Source: Bacteroidales bacterium (lineage in GTDB: Bacteria > Bacteroidota > Bacteroidia > Bacteroidales > VadinHA17). Taken from it: DNA of 64,000 nt. Positions 21,262 through 28,807 of this stretch are shown here, one piece after another (the stretch's first letter is position 1; each line of letters opens with the position of its first letter). A program made the translations under genes and the position numbers. The notes under the pieces are model-generated. The model was not told where the DNA came from. It ran no database searches and was given only the letters and a program-made list of their open reading frames with translations. The stretch lies in NCBI GenBank assembly GCA_035530515.1, contig DATKUO010000042.1:22945-86944 (forward strand). Direction: 5' to 3'.

Positions 21262-21912
21262 GTGGAAACAAAAAACGGATATAAATATACAAAACAATGG
21301 TTCGACTTTATACATGAAACAACAGAAATAGTAACGCCGATGCATACTTCATTATATACATGGATTGTGGAATTGAATAATCAATTACAATGGAAGGCAG
21401 TTTTTGGATTGCCTACAAATAGCGCAATGGAAAGCAGTTGTATCAAATCATATAAATACTATAAAAAAACATTGGATGACCTAATAAGATGGGGTTTTGT
21501 AATTTTAATTGCAAAGGCATATAATCAATACACTTGCAACCAAATTGCTTTAGTAGTGAGTACCAAAGCAGTTGCGAAGCAAGTACCAAAGCAGTTGCAT
21601 CATAGTAAAACAGTAAAAACAGTAAAAACAATATATAATGTTTTTTATGATTCAGAGATTGAAAAAAACAATGATGAGAATTATAAAGACTTTGTGAAAT
21701 TCCTGTTTGGTAAGGTTGATTTAGGCCGGCCATTCAATAAGCTTTTAAAAATGGATGACCAGATAGACTATGAAAAATTTCTAAAGCTTAAGGCAGTATC
21801 AGAACAAAACGGAACATTGATTTATGATAAATGCCGCGCTCTGGAAAACAGCACTAAAAAATATGTTTCATTGTATTTAACACTTAATAATTGGCTAAAA
21901 AATGTACGTTGA
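21262..21912 (+). CDS. Phage-type replication initiator/replisome organiser-like protein (wHTH N-terminus)
   Basis: NGYKYTKQWFDF...HTSLY...N.LQWK..FGLP...YKKTLDDLIRWGFV resembles Bacteroidota phage rep N-termini; directly upstream of the primase-helicase. Confidence 0.55.
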   Translation: METKNGYKYTKQWFDFIHETTEIVTPMHTSLYTWIVELNNQLQWKAVFGLPTNSAMESSCIKSYKYYKKTLDDLIRWGFVILIAKAYNQYTCNQIALVVSTKAVAKQVPKQLHHSKTVKTVKTIYNVFYDSEIEKNNDENYKDFVKFLFGKVDLGRPFNKLLKMDDQIDYEKFLKLKAVSEQNGTLIYDKCRALENSTKKYVSLYLTLNNWLKNVR

Positions 21913-23677
21913 ACATTCAAAAGGAGTTGATACCGGTCGCGGACAGATAACAGAGTATTCCACAGTAACTACTGAGGCCAGAGGACATGAATATTATATT
22001 TCTCATTTTCCTTTTGACAAGTCAATTATAGAGTACGTAAATATTCATAAATCTGTAAAGGATCATAAAGGGAAGCACTTTTGCTCTTTTATTCTTGTGG
22101 ACATTGATTCAGATGATTTGTCAGAAGCAAAGTCACGCGTTTTGGATCTTATAACATACTGGCAATCGGAATACTCATTAAGTCCTGAGGACCTTTCTAT
22201 TTACTTCTCCGGATCAAAAGGTTTTCACCTGGTTATTAATCTGAATACGTTTGGTTCACCTGATCCGCATGAAGAAATGGGATCACTGATAAAAATAGCA
22301 GTTAAAGAGCTCTGCGGCGACATTAAACATGATCCGGTAATTTATGAGAATCATAGGTTAATGAGGGTTGAAAATTCACTTAATGCAAAGTCAGTGCTTT
22401 ATAAAATTCAACTTTCTTATTCTGAATTATTCTCTTTATCGGTTGACGAAATAAAAGAACTGGCAAAACGTCCGCGGACATTCACGCGTAAACGTCCTAT
22501 TTCAGAGATCCGTTTGAATGAAAAAATCAATCGTATTGTAAGGAGTGTATTCCTAAAGTCAGATGAACCGGAAAAGAAACAAATAGATGAAGGATTCTTT
22601 TTACCGGGCCCGCGAGGCGAAAGGAATAATAAACTTTATAAGCAGGCTTTTTATCTTTTCGTAAATACGGACCTACATGAAAAGAGTATTAAAGAGATCA
22701 TCTCTTGTGTAAACAATGCCGCGCCTGATCCATTACCATTATCTGAAATCAATACTTTGGTTAATTCCGCACGGTCCAATCGTAAGAACAAACAGAAAGA
22801 GCCATTAAAGATTAGTATGTTCTCAGATATGTGGCAATCCTTTAAAGACTCCATGAATGAGGAGAATAATAAGATAAAATTAGTTTTTAAAAGTCTGGAT
22901 GAATTATTCAAAGGGAAACAACGTGGTAAGCTCGGAATTATCCTGGGTTACGGTGGTTCAAAGAAATCTTTATACGGTCAAAATGCCTGCTATGAAAATA
23001 TTGTCAGAGGTAATCGCTGCATCTATTCAAATATGGAAATGGGGACTTCTGAGCTTGCTACAAGGTTTATTAATATAGGATTGTCAGGACGCACCGGATT
23101 AGCCTCACAGGACCTTGAAACGATATACAAAGAGGGTCGGGACATTACCGGATCATTAGAAACAATGAAAGAACTATTATCAGATAAACTAATTGTATCT
23201 GAAAATTCAAATATGACTTCAGAGAGGTATGATGAATTAATAGAAAAAATCACTAATGATATTGGTCGCGTGGATCTGCTTATCGTGGACGGAATGTCAA
23301 TGATGGGAGGTACCGGAACCGAAGTTGAACGTGCTAATGAACATTCAAAAAGTCTAAAGGAACTATCTAAAAAATGGAATATTCTTGTACTTGCTATCTG
23401 TCACGTGTCAAAGGGTGATGATCTATTGACTAAGGATCTGACACGAAAAGCACGTGGATCTGAAAAGATAGTGGATAATGCAGACTGGATAATGACACTA
23501 TCACAGATAAAGCAGGGCAAAGATTATATTTCAAATGTAGGTTATTATCATCTATGGGATAAACGCGGCACAGGTCTGCGAAAGGAACATCTTTGGGAAT
23601 TTCAGGAAAGGACTTTGAGAATGTTTGAAAGTGATAAGGATGAATCTTATTTCGGAATTAATCAGAAGGAACAATGA
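21902..23677 (+). CDS. AEP primase-polymerase + PriCT-1 + SF4 (DnaB/RecA-fold) helicase fusion
   Basis: LVDID, YFSGSKGFH and RLMR (AEP); GERNNKLY...PLPLSEI (PriCT-1); GYGGSKKS, LLIVDG, AICH and RGSEKIVDNADW (SF4). Confidence 0.87.
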   Translation: MYVEHSKGVDTGRGQITEYSTVTTEARGHEYYISHFPFDKSIIEYVNIHKSVKDHKGKHFCSFILVDIDSDDLSEAKSRVLDLITYWQSEYSLSPEDLSIYFSGSKGFHLVINLNTFGSPDPHEEMGSLIKIAVKELCGDIKHDPVIYENHRLMRVENSLNAKSVLYKIQLSYSELFSLSVDEIKELAKRPRTFTRKRPISEIRLNEKINRIVRSVFLKSDEPEKKQIDEGFFLPGPRGERNNKLYKQAFYLFVNTDLHEKSIKEIISCVNNAAPDPLPLSEINTLVNSARSNRKNKQKEPLKISMFSDMWQSFKDSMNEENNKIKLVFKSLDELFKGKQRGKLGIILGYGGSKKSLYGQNACYENIVRGNRCIYSNMEMGTSELATRFINIGLSGRTGLASQDLETIYKEGRDITGSLETMKELLSDKLIVSENSNMTSERYDELIEKITNDIGRVDLLIVDGMSMMGGTGTEVERANEHSKSLKELSKKWNILVLAICHVSKGDDLLTKDLTRKARGSEKIVDNADWIMTLSQIKQGKDYISNVGYYHLWDKRGTGLRKEHLWEFQERTLRMFESDKDESYFGINQKEQ

Positions 23678-23789
23678 ATAAAGCAATTTCACTGATGCGA
23701 GTAGCAGCGCTAAAGTGGAGGAGTTTTAGCTCCTGGGTGCGACTCAACCCGCACCTTCGGAGCTTTTAAACGAATTAATAAATAAAAAC

Positions 23790-23978
23790 ATGAAACATTT
23801 TGGCATGATTGAATTTCAATTTGTAGAGGGTAGTAAGGCGCCTACAATAAGCGATCAGTTTAATAGCTGGTCAGATGATAATGAAGATGTAACAGTTTTA
23901 CAAATAAATTCGCACGTTATACAGAACCATGAAGGTTTGGTGGTGGAAACAATGTTTGTATTATTTAGTTTCAAATAA
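23790..23978 (+). CDS. Small hypothetical protein (weak Cse60-like pattern)
   Basis: 62 aa, A-rich leader, co-oriented; FNSWSDDNEDVTVLQI pattern. Confidence 0.55.
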   Translation: MKHFGMIEFQFVEGSKAPTISDQFNSWSDDNEDVTVLQINSHVIQNHEGLVVETMFVLFSFK

Positions 23979-23995
23979 CGATTAAAACTGATGAT

Positions 23996-24358
23996 ATGGA
24001 AAACACAGTAATAGTAAAAGAGCTTCTCGACCAGTTATATATCTGTGAGAAGCAACTAACATCGGGTCAAATGAATTTTATCCATAGTTGCAAAAAGGAA
24101 TTCACCAGGGAAAAGACTTTGAGTGAAAAACAAATTGCAGTACTGAAAGAAATACGGAAGTTTTTGCCGGATCAGGAACCTCGGTTTTCTGGATCAACAG
24201 CAGATAAAAAAACTTACGTCCACGATACGCATTTCAAAATGCCAAAGATCAGGTATAACAATAAGAGATCCCGGAGGGTGAAATACCAAGGAATTATAGG
24301 GCAGCAACCGGAGTTACCCACTGATGAAGACCAATTATCAATTAAACTTAATAGCTAA
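23996..24358 (+). CDS. Two-module hypothetical protein
   Basis: N-half resembles 24579..24806; C-half resembles 19979..20158. Confidence 0.75.
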   Translation: MENTVIVKELLDQLYICEKQLTSGQMNFIHSCKKEFTREKTLSEKQIAVLKEIRKFLPDQEPRFSGSTADKKTYVHDTHFKMPKIRYNNKRSRRVKYQGIIGQQPELPTDEDQLSIKLNS

Positions 24359-24467
24359 AGGCAATGATCGAAGAAAGTAAAAATATTGCACGTCGCCGGA
24401 GTCGTCGCCGGTTTGTGCTTTGCTCCGGGAGGGTTGGTTACTCTCCCCTTTCGGGGCTTTTTATTAA

Positions 24468-24566
24468 AGTATAGCGTATATGCAGCTACAAAATGCTGAT
24501 GTAACATACAGGAATTAAAGTTGATAGGATTAAGAAATAATGAATTTGGAAACATATTGGAAATAA
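24468..24566 (+). repeat. Internal att-like site B
   Basis: AGTATAGCG-TATATGC-AGCTACAAA core, 52-bp gap, then TTTGGAAACAT ATTGGAAATAA arm-like pair. Confidence 0.72.
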
Positions 24567-24578
24567 AAGGTAAAACCG

Positions 24579-24806
24579 ATGAGAAAAATATCAATATCGG
24601 AAGCGGAGAATATGAGAATTCGGGATCTTCTGGAGTATTTTGAAATGCATGAAACAGAACTCCCCGATGCGCAACTGGCATTTATTTCTTCATTGAAAAA
24701 GGAATTTCGCTGGAAGGGAGGGTTGACTGAAACCCAGTCAAAACGATTATTTGGCATCCGGAAATTTCTGGCTCCTGATGAAGAATTGATAATAAGAAAT
24801 TTTTAA
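24579..24806 (+). CDS. Hypothetical protein, paralogue of the N-half of 23996..24358
   Basis: IRDLLEYF...QLAFISSLKKEF...LTETQ...IRKFL. Confidence 0.7.
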   Translation: MRKISISEAENMRIRDLLEYFEMHETELPDAQLAFISSLKKEFRWKGGLTETQSKRLFGIRKFLAPDEELIIRNF

Positions 24807-24822
24807 TTAATAATTTTGTATA

Positions 24823-25380
24823 ATGAAAAAAGAAACATCTTTAGAACAAAGAACCCGACTCCTGGCAGGAATTCGCGGTCAAAGGCACAATATTATGGGT
24901 TTGGAACTGGAAGAGGAAGTGAAAGTACCGAGCTTGTTCTTTTTCACGGTTTACACACTTGTCGAGCATGATGCTTTTTCGACATTAGATGAAGACTCAG
25001 CAATAAGCAAGCTGGCGGACCTTACTTCTGATGAGATGGAAGTTTATTTCTGTAAAAGTCCCGGCAATATTGAAGGTCCTCCGCCTTCTATGAAAGGTAG
25101 AAAGAAGCTACATATTGAAACAATTAACGATCATCGGGCCTTATCTGACCTTATTTTTCAAATGACAGGGATAAGGATTATTGAGGCTGATCTAATGAAA
25201 TCCCAGAACCAGGCTTTTAAAGCAATGGGCGGAGAATCCGGAGCTCATAAGAAAATTCGCATCCTGGCGGAAATAAGACTTGGTGAGCTTACAAGGAAAA
25301 TGGATATTTCAATTGCCGGGCCCAGAATCGACCTTGCAAAAGTCCGTAAAAGCCAGGAAGAAAAATATAAATCCAAATAA
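24823..25380 (+). CDS. Hypothetical protein
   Basis: 185-aa ORF in a tightly packed operon. Confidence 0.7.
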   Translation: MKKETSLEQRTRLLAGIRGQRHNIMGLELEEEVKVPSLFFFTVYTLVEHDAFSTLDEDSAISKLADLTSDEMEVYFCKSPGNIEGPPPSMKGRKKLHIETINDHRALSDLIFQMTGIRIIEADLMKSQNQAFKAMGGESGAHKKIRILAEIRLGELTRKMDISIAGPRIDLAKVRKSQEEKYKSK

Positions 25381-25388
25381 TTGACAAA

Positions 25389-26030
25389 ATGAAAAATGAA
25401 TCAAAACTCGTTTGTGTTTATGAAGATGCAAATTATCATCAAAAGGTAAAGAGAGACCTGGAAATTGCCAGGGTCGCTTGTCAAAGGCTCCTGAATGAAT
25501 GGCTCCGGCTCGATCTTGGAAAAATTACGGATATGGATGAGCTTCAGATTTATCCGGAAAAGTGTTTTAAACGGGCAATAGATTTAATTCCAATGCCTGA
25601 AAGCGACCAAAAGTATAAAGTGAAAAGAGAAGCATTTTTAGCTACTCTTGACCTTCCTGATCCGACTGATTTATATTACCTGGCAAAAGAAACTATGAAA
25701 GTTCTTTATTGTAGTGTGCCTGGTTTGTTTATAACGGATGGGCAAACAGTCACTTTAGACGAAGGAATAGCCAATTTTTATATGACCATGAATGATATTG
25801 TTATTCCGGAATCTGAGTCGGTTAAAATTGCTCTCGCATCTGATTTGAAGACATGGGTAGATTTAACAAATAGCCTGAACATCCGATTAAATCAGGAACT
25901 GTTTGATAGTAGTTCACCGGTTACTAACAAATTTATGATGCAGAAATTCGGATGGGAAGGCGGAGATGGTAGAGGCTGTAATGCGACATTAACGCTTCTC
26001 CCCGAAAAGCTCCGGGCATGGCTGGCATAA
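25389..26030 (+). CDS. Hypothetical protein
   Basis: 213-aa ORF, 8 bp after the previous stop. Confidence 0.7.
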   Translation: MKNESKLVCVYEDANYHQKVKRDLEIARVACQRLLNEWLRLDLGKITDMDELQIYPEKCFKRAIDLIPMPESDQKYKVKREAFLATLDLPDPTDLYYLAKETMKVLYCSVPGLFITDGQTVTLDEGIANFYMTMNDIVIPESESVKIALASDLKTWVDLTNSLNIRLNQELFDSSSPVTNKFMMQKFGWEGGDGRGCNATLTLLPEKLRAWLA

Positions 26031-26112
26031 AAATTGAATACTTTTGTATTTGTAAACAACAAAGATTCCCTCTATTTTCCACTATTATAGAGGAATAAAA
26101 AACGTTTCAATT

Positions 26113-26400
26113 ATGGCACGATTTAAAAAAGGAACACTAAAAACAGGAGGCCGGGAAGCCGGAACGCCAAATAAAACTACCAGTGAGGTACAGAATGCCT
26201 TATTGAAGATATTATATGACAATCTGGATCAGCTGAAGATAGATATAAAAAGCATGAAAGACAAAGATAGGGCTTTGTTACTAATCAGTTTGGCAAAGCA
26301 CTGTACCCCTCCAGCTTTGAACCCGGAGAAACTTACAGAAGAGCAATTAATTCAAATCATTGATTATTTAGAAAAAAGAGAACATGAGAACAAATCTTAA
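26113..26400 (+). CDS. Terminase small subunit-like protein
   Basis: N-terminal FKKG..KTGGR..GTPNK motif typical of TerS-like phage proteins, followed by a helical region. Confidence 0.6.
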   Translation: MARFKKGTLKTGGREAGTPNKTTSEVQNALLKILYDNLDQLKIDIKSMKDKDRALLLISLAKHCTPPALNPEKLTEEQLIQIIDYLEKREHENKS

Positions 26401-26605
26401 AATGAGAGTAAAAATCCTTATTGCCGGTAAAGGCAGGCCAGTACGCTTTGCATCGCAAAAGTTCGGGGTCTTGTATGGAAAGCCGGGGCAAGAGTTTTTT
26501 GAAACTGTTGATAAAAAGGTGGTTAGTAAAGATGATCAAGCAAAATATTTGCCTGAATCACTTGTTATCATTAATGTTTCCAAACAATTTCCCGATGAGT
26601 TATAA
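26384..26605 (+). CDS. Small protein, array member 1
   Basis: Starts MRTNLKMRVKILIAGK. Confidence 0.7.
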   Translation: MRTNLKMRVKILIAGKGRPVRFASQKFGVLYGKPGQEFFETVDKKVVSKDDQAKYLPESLVIINVSKQFPDEL

Positions 26606-26629
26606 AAATTATTTAGAAAAGAGAACATC

Positions 26630-26842
26630 ATGAAGCAGAAATTAAAAAATGAAATCCGAAATTTGTTAAATGGATCTGAATTGAAAAAAGGAATTCTAGT
26701 TGTCGCTGAAACTGACAAACCCGGATTTTACAAATTCAGAGATAAAATTATTAGTAAAAGGGAATTGGACGTTTTGAAATTAGGTTACAAAGATCTTCTG
26801 ATATTTGAGAAGATTTCTAATGATTTAAAATTTGGAAGATAA
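26630..26842 (+). CDS. Small protein, array member 2
   Basis: Starts MKQKLKNEIRNLLNGS. Confidence 0.7.
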   Translation: MKQKLKNEIRNLLNGSELKKGILVVAETDKPGFYKFRDKIISKRELDVLKLGYKDLLIFEKISNDLKFGR

Positions 26843-27042
26843 TGAGAACGAATCTTAAAAACAGAGTAAAAACCTTAATTTCAGGTAAAACCGAACAAAA
26901 CACAATGAAAATATATTATGTAAATCCCATAACAGGAGAAAAGACGTTATACGGTCAATATCCTAATGATAAAGATCTAAATGTAACTGTTGATTCTCCT
27001 GAAACGGCTGCAACGATGATAAAATTAAGATCCCATGAATAA
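26842..27042 (+). CDS. Small protein, array member 3
   Basis: Starts MRTNLKNRVKTLISGK; TAATG stop-start coupling. Confidence 0.7.
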   Translation: MRTNLKNRVKTLISGKTEQNTMKIYYVNPITGEKTLYGQYPNDKDLNVTVDSPETAATMIKLRSHE

Positions 27043-27310
27043 GACGATTTTAAAAAAACAAGTGCGGAAATTGATTAATAGCGGAGCTGAAAAGCATTTT
27101 ATTAATTTTTTTGTTAAAGATGAATTTTATAAAAAAATACCATCAGATAATTTGAAGCCTGGTATGTTTATAAACCATTGCGAAAAGGAAAACGGCGAAA
27201 CTCCGATATTGATATTTTTTGATATGGACCAGGAAGATAACTTTTGTGTTCAGGATACAAAAAAAAGATGCGATGAAGTTATTGCTTTCCTTTACGATCC
27301 TGATCGGTAG
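27035..27310 (+). CDS. Small protein, array member 4
   Basis: Starts MNKTILKKQVRKLINSG; overlaps the previous stop. Confidence 0.7.
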   Translation: MNKTILKKQVRKLINSGAEKHFINFFVKDEFYKKIPSDNLKPGMFINHCEKENGETPILIFFDMDQEDNFCVQDTKKRCDEVIAFLYDPDR

Positions 27311-27329
27311 TTTTTGTTTGTTGGTGTCC

Positions 27330-27416
27330 TGGGGGGGGTGTTGTCATTTGCACCTCCTTTTTTTATCCATTTGGTTTGGATCGGGAGCTTATCCGGAAGG
27401 AAGGCTCCCTTCTTTT
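27330..27416 (+). terminator. Two tandem hairpin plus U-tract terminators closing the array operon
   Basis: GGGGGTG...CACCTCC-TTTTTTT and GGGAGCTT...AGGCTCCC-TTCTTTT. Confidence 0.6.
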
Positions 27417-27517
27417 GATTTTCAGAATAAAATATATTTTGGAATAATGGTAAAAAGTTATAAATTGCCTTTCATTTTAAAAGTAATATATGATAAAATA
27501 GAAAACTAAAGACATAT

Positions 27518-27680
27518 AAAAATTAGCGTTAAGCAAATTCTCGCATCAGAAAACTGAAAATTTCAATGTGTACGAGGAAAAAGCAAGACGCTCACTTAAA
27601 GGCGTGGGCTTTTGTTTATTTCGTACACGGGTATTTCAGTACCTCTGATGCGGATATTCAGAATGTCCACGCTGATTTTT
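27518..27680 (+). ncRNA. Candidate structured RNA (long nested inverted repeats)
   Basis: Stems AAAAATTAGCGT/ACGCTGATTTTT, CGCATCAGA/TCTGATGCG, CTGAAA/TTTCAG, GTGTACGA/TCGTACAC, AAAGC/GCTTT and ACGC/GCGT. Confidence 0.55.
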
Positions 27681-27703
27681 TTGTGCCAGTCACAAAGAAG
27701 CGT

Positions 27704-27850
27704 ATGAAAGATTATTACATCATTAAAAAAGAATTTCAACACGACGAATTAAATGAAATGCTAATTTCTTTAATGTATGAAGGCTGGCAGCTATGCATAG
27801 TTAATGAAATTCAGGTAAGTTACCAGGTTGTTTTCAAAAAGCGTCTATAA
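27704..27850 (+). CDS. DUF4177-like small protein (48 aa)
   Basis: ELNEML..L..EGWQL......VVFKKR pattern; the longer ORF from 27566 runs through the RNA structure. Confidence 0.5.
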   Translation: MKDYYIIKKEFQHDELNEMLISLMYEGWQLCIVNEIQVSYQVVFKKRL

Positions 27851-27861
27851 AAAAGGAAGTT

Positions 27862-28248
27862 ATGAAAAAACAGTTATTTATATTTTTGGTAGTGGTACTT
27901 TCTTCATGTGCTACTGTCAGAGAATCTTCATTACCTGAAGATGAACTATTTCTGACACGTAAATATGTAGGCAATTTTATTGAATATCGACATACAGAAC
28001 CTGAAAGACTTGGAGATCCACACCTTATTTGGATTAAAACTACACAAGATACCATATACAATAAAATTTCAGCTTATAGCAAGGATTGTCAGTTTAATGT
28101 TAATGATCGCTTATATATCAGGAGAATCTATTACAGCCCTGGCATTACTAATCATTATTGGATGTACCAAATAGAATCTGATAAACTTTTATATCGGTTA
28201 AGTAAATTTCAATTTGATAATAAAATATTGGTTCAGACTTGGTTTTAA
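27862..28248 (+). CDS. Hypothetical lipoprotein
   Basis: MKKQLFIFLVVVLSSC signal and lipobox. Confidence 0.8.
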   Translation: MKKQLFIFLVVVLSSCATVRESSLPEDELFLTRKYVGNFIEYRHTEPERLGDPHLIWIKTTQDTIYNKISAYSKDCQFNVNDRLYIRRIYYSPGITNHYWMYQIESDKLLYRLSKFQFDNKILVQTWF

Positions 28249-28259
28249 TACGAACAATT

Positions 28260-28574
28260 ATGAAAACACTGTGTTCTTTTATTCGCAAATTAAAATATCC
28301 TGCCACAACTGAAGGCCGGCGAAAGTTTATTCTGGATTCACTAAAACTTAATGATATGAAAAAAAAAGTAATGAAACTCATTAATCCATCAACCGGATTA
28401 GCAGAATGCAAAGTATGTGGTGCAACAAAGTATATAAGCTTTGTTAACAAACCCTTTTCGAGTAAAAGCAGGTATCCACGTGGCTCCTGGCAGTGTGTCA
28501 ACGGATGTAACCTCGATCCTGAAACAGTACCAACCATCATGCCTGATGGTAGTGTCGGAGAACGTTTAATTTGA
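28260..28574 (+). CDS. Small Zn-ribbon-like protein
   Basis: CKVCG...WQCVNGC; start may be 28355. Confidence 0.55.
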   Translation: MKTLCSFIRKLKYPATTEGRRKFILDSLKLNDMKKKVMKLINPSTGLAECKVCGATKYISFVNKPFSSKSRYPRGSWQCVNGCNLDPETVPTIMPDGSVGERLI

Positions 28575-28616
28575 TATATAGGGAAGTGATTAGCCCTGTA
28601 TGCTGTTTTCATTTGA

Positions 28617-28647
28617 CCCCGGAACTAAAAAGCCGGGGCTTTTTTTA
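28617..28647 (+). terminator. Intrinsic terminator
   Basis: CCCCGG-aactaaaag-CCGGGG-CTTTTTTT. Confidence 0.75.
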
Positions 28648-28807
28648 TAAAAGAGGTGGCAAATGTTAAATTCATAAATAATTGGCATGGATATTGAATA
28701 TTTGTGAAAAAGAGTAATATTTGCAAACTTTAATAAACATTTTTTATAATAAAACCGTTTGTATTTAAGAAATACTTCTTAACTTAACAAGGTCTAAGCA
28801 ATAAATT

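Noticed and set aside
23692..23720. Hammerhead ribozyme (CTGATG...)
   Set aside because: The core reads CTGATGC rather than CTGANGA, and no properly placed GAAA follows.
26365..27310. Integron cassette array or DGR target for the small-ORF array
   Set aside because: The ORFs overlap or abut with no room for attC sites, and there is no RT or adenine-specific TR/VR pair.
27518..27680. Retron msr-msd-like layout (outer inverted repeat plus long hairpin)
   Set aside because: No reverse transcriptase motifs in the element or window; kept only as a generic structured RNA candidate.
28594..28610. Possible third internal core site (TAGC...GCTG)
   Set aside because: Spacing is 7 rather than 9 nt, the right half-site mismatches, and no arm repeats follow.
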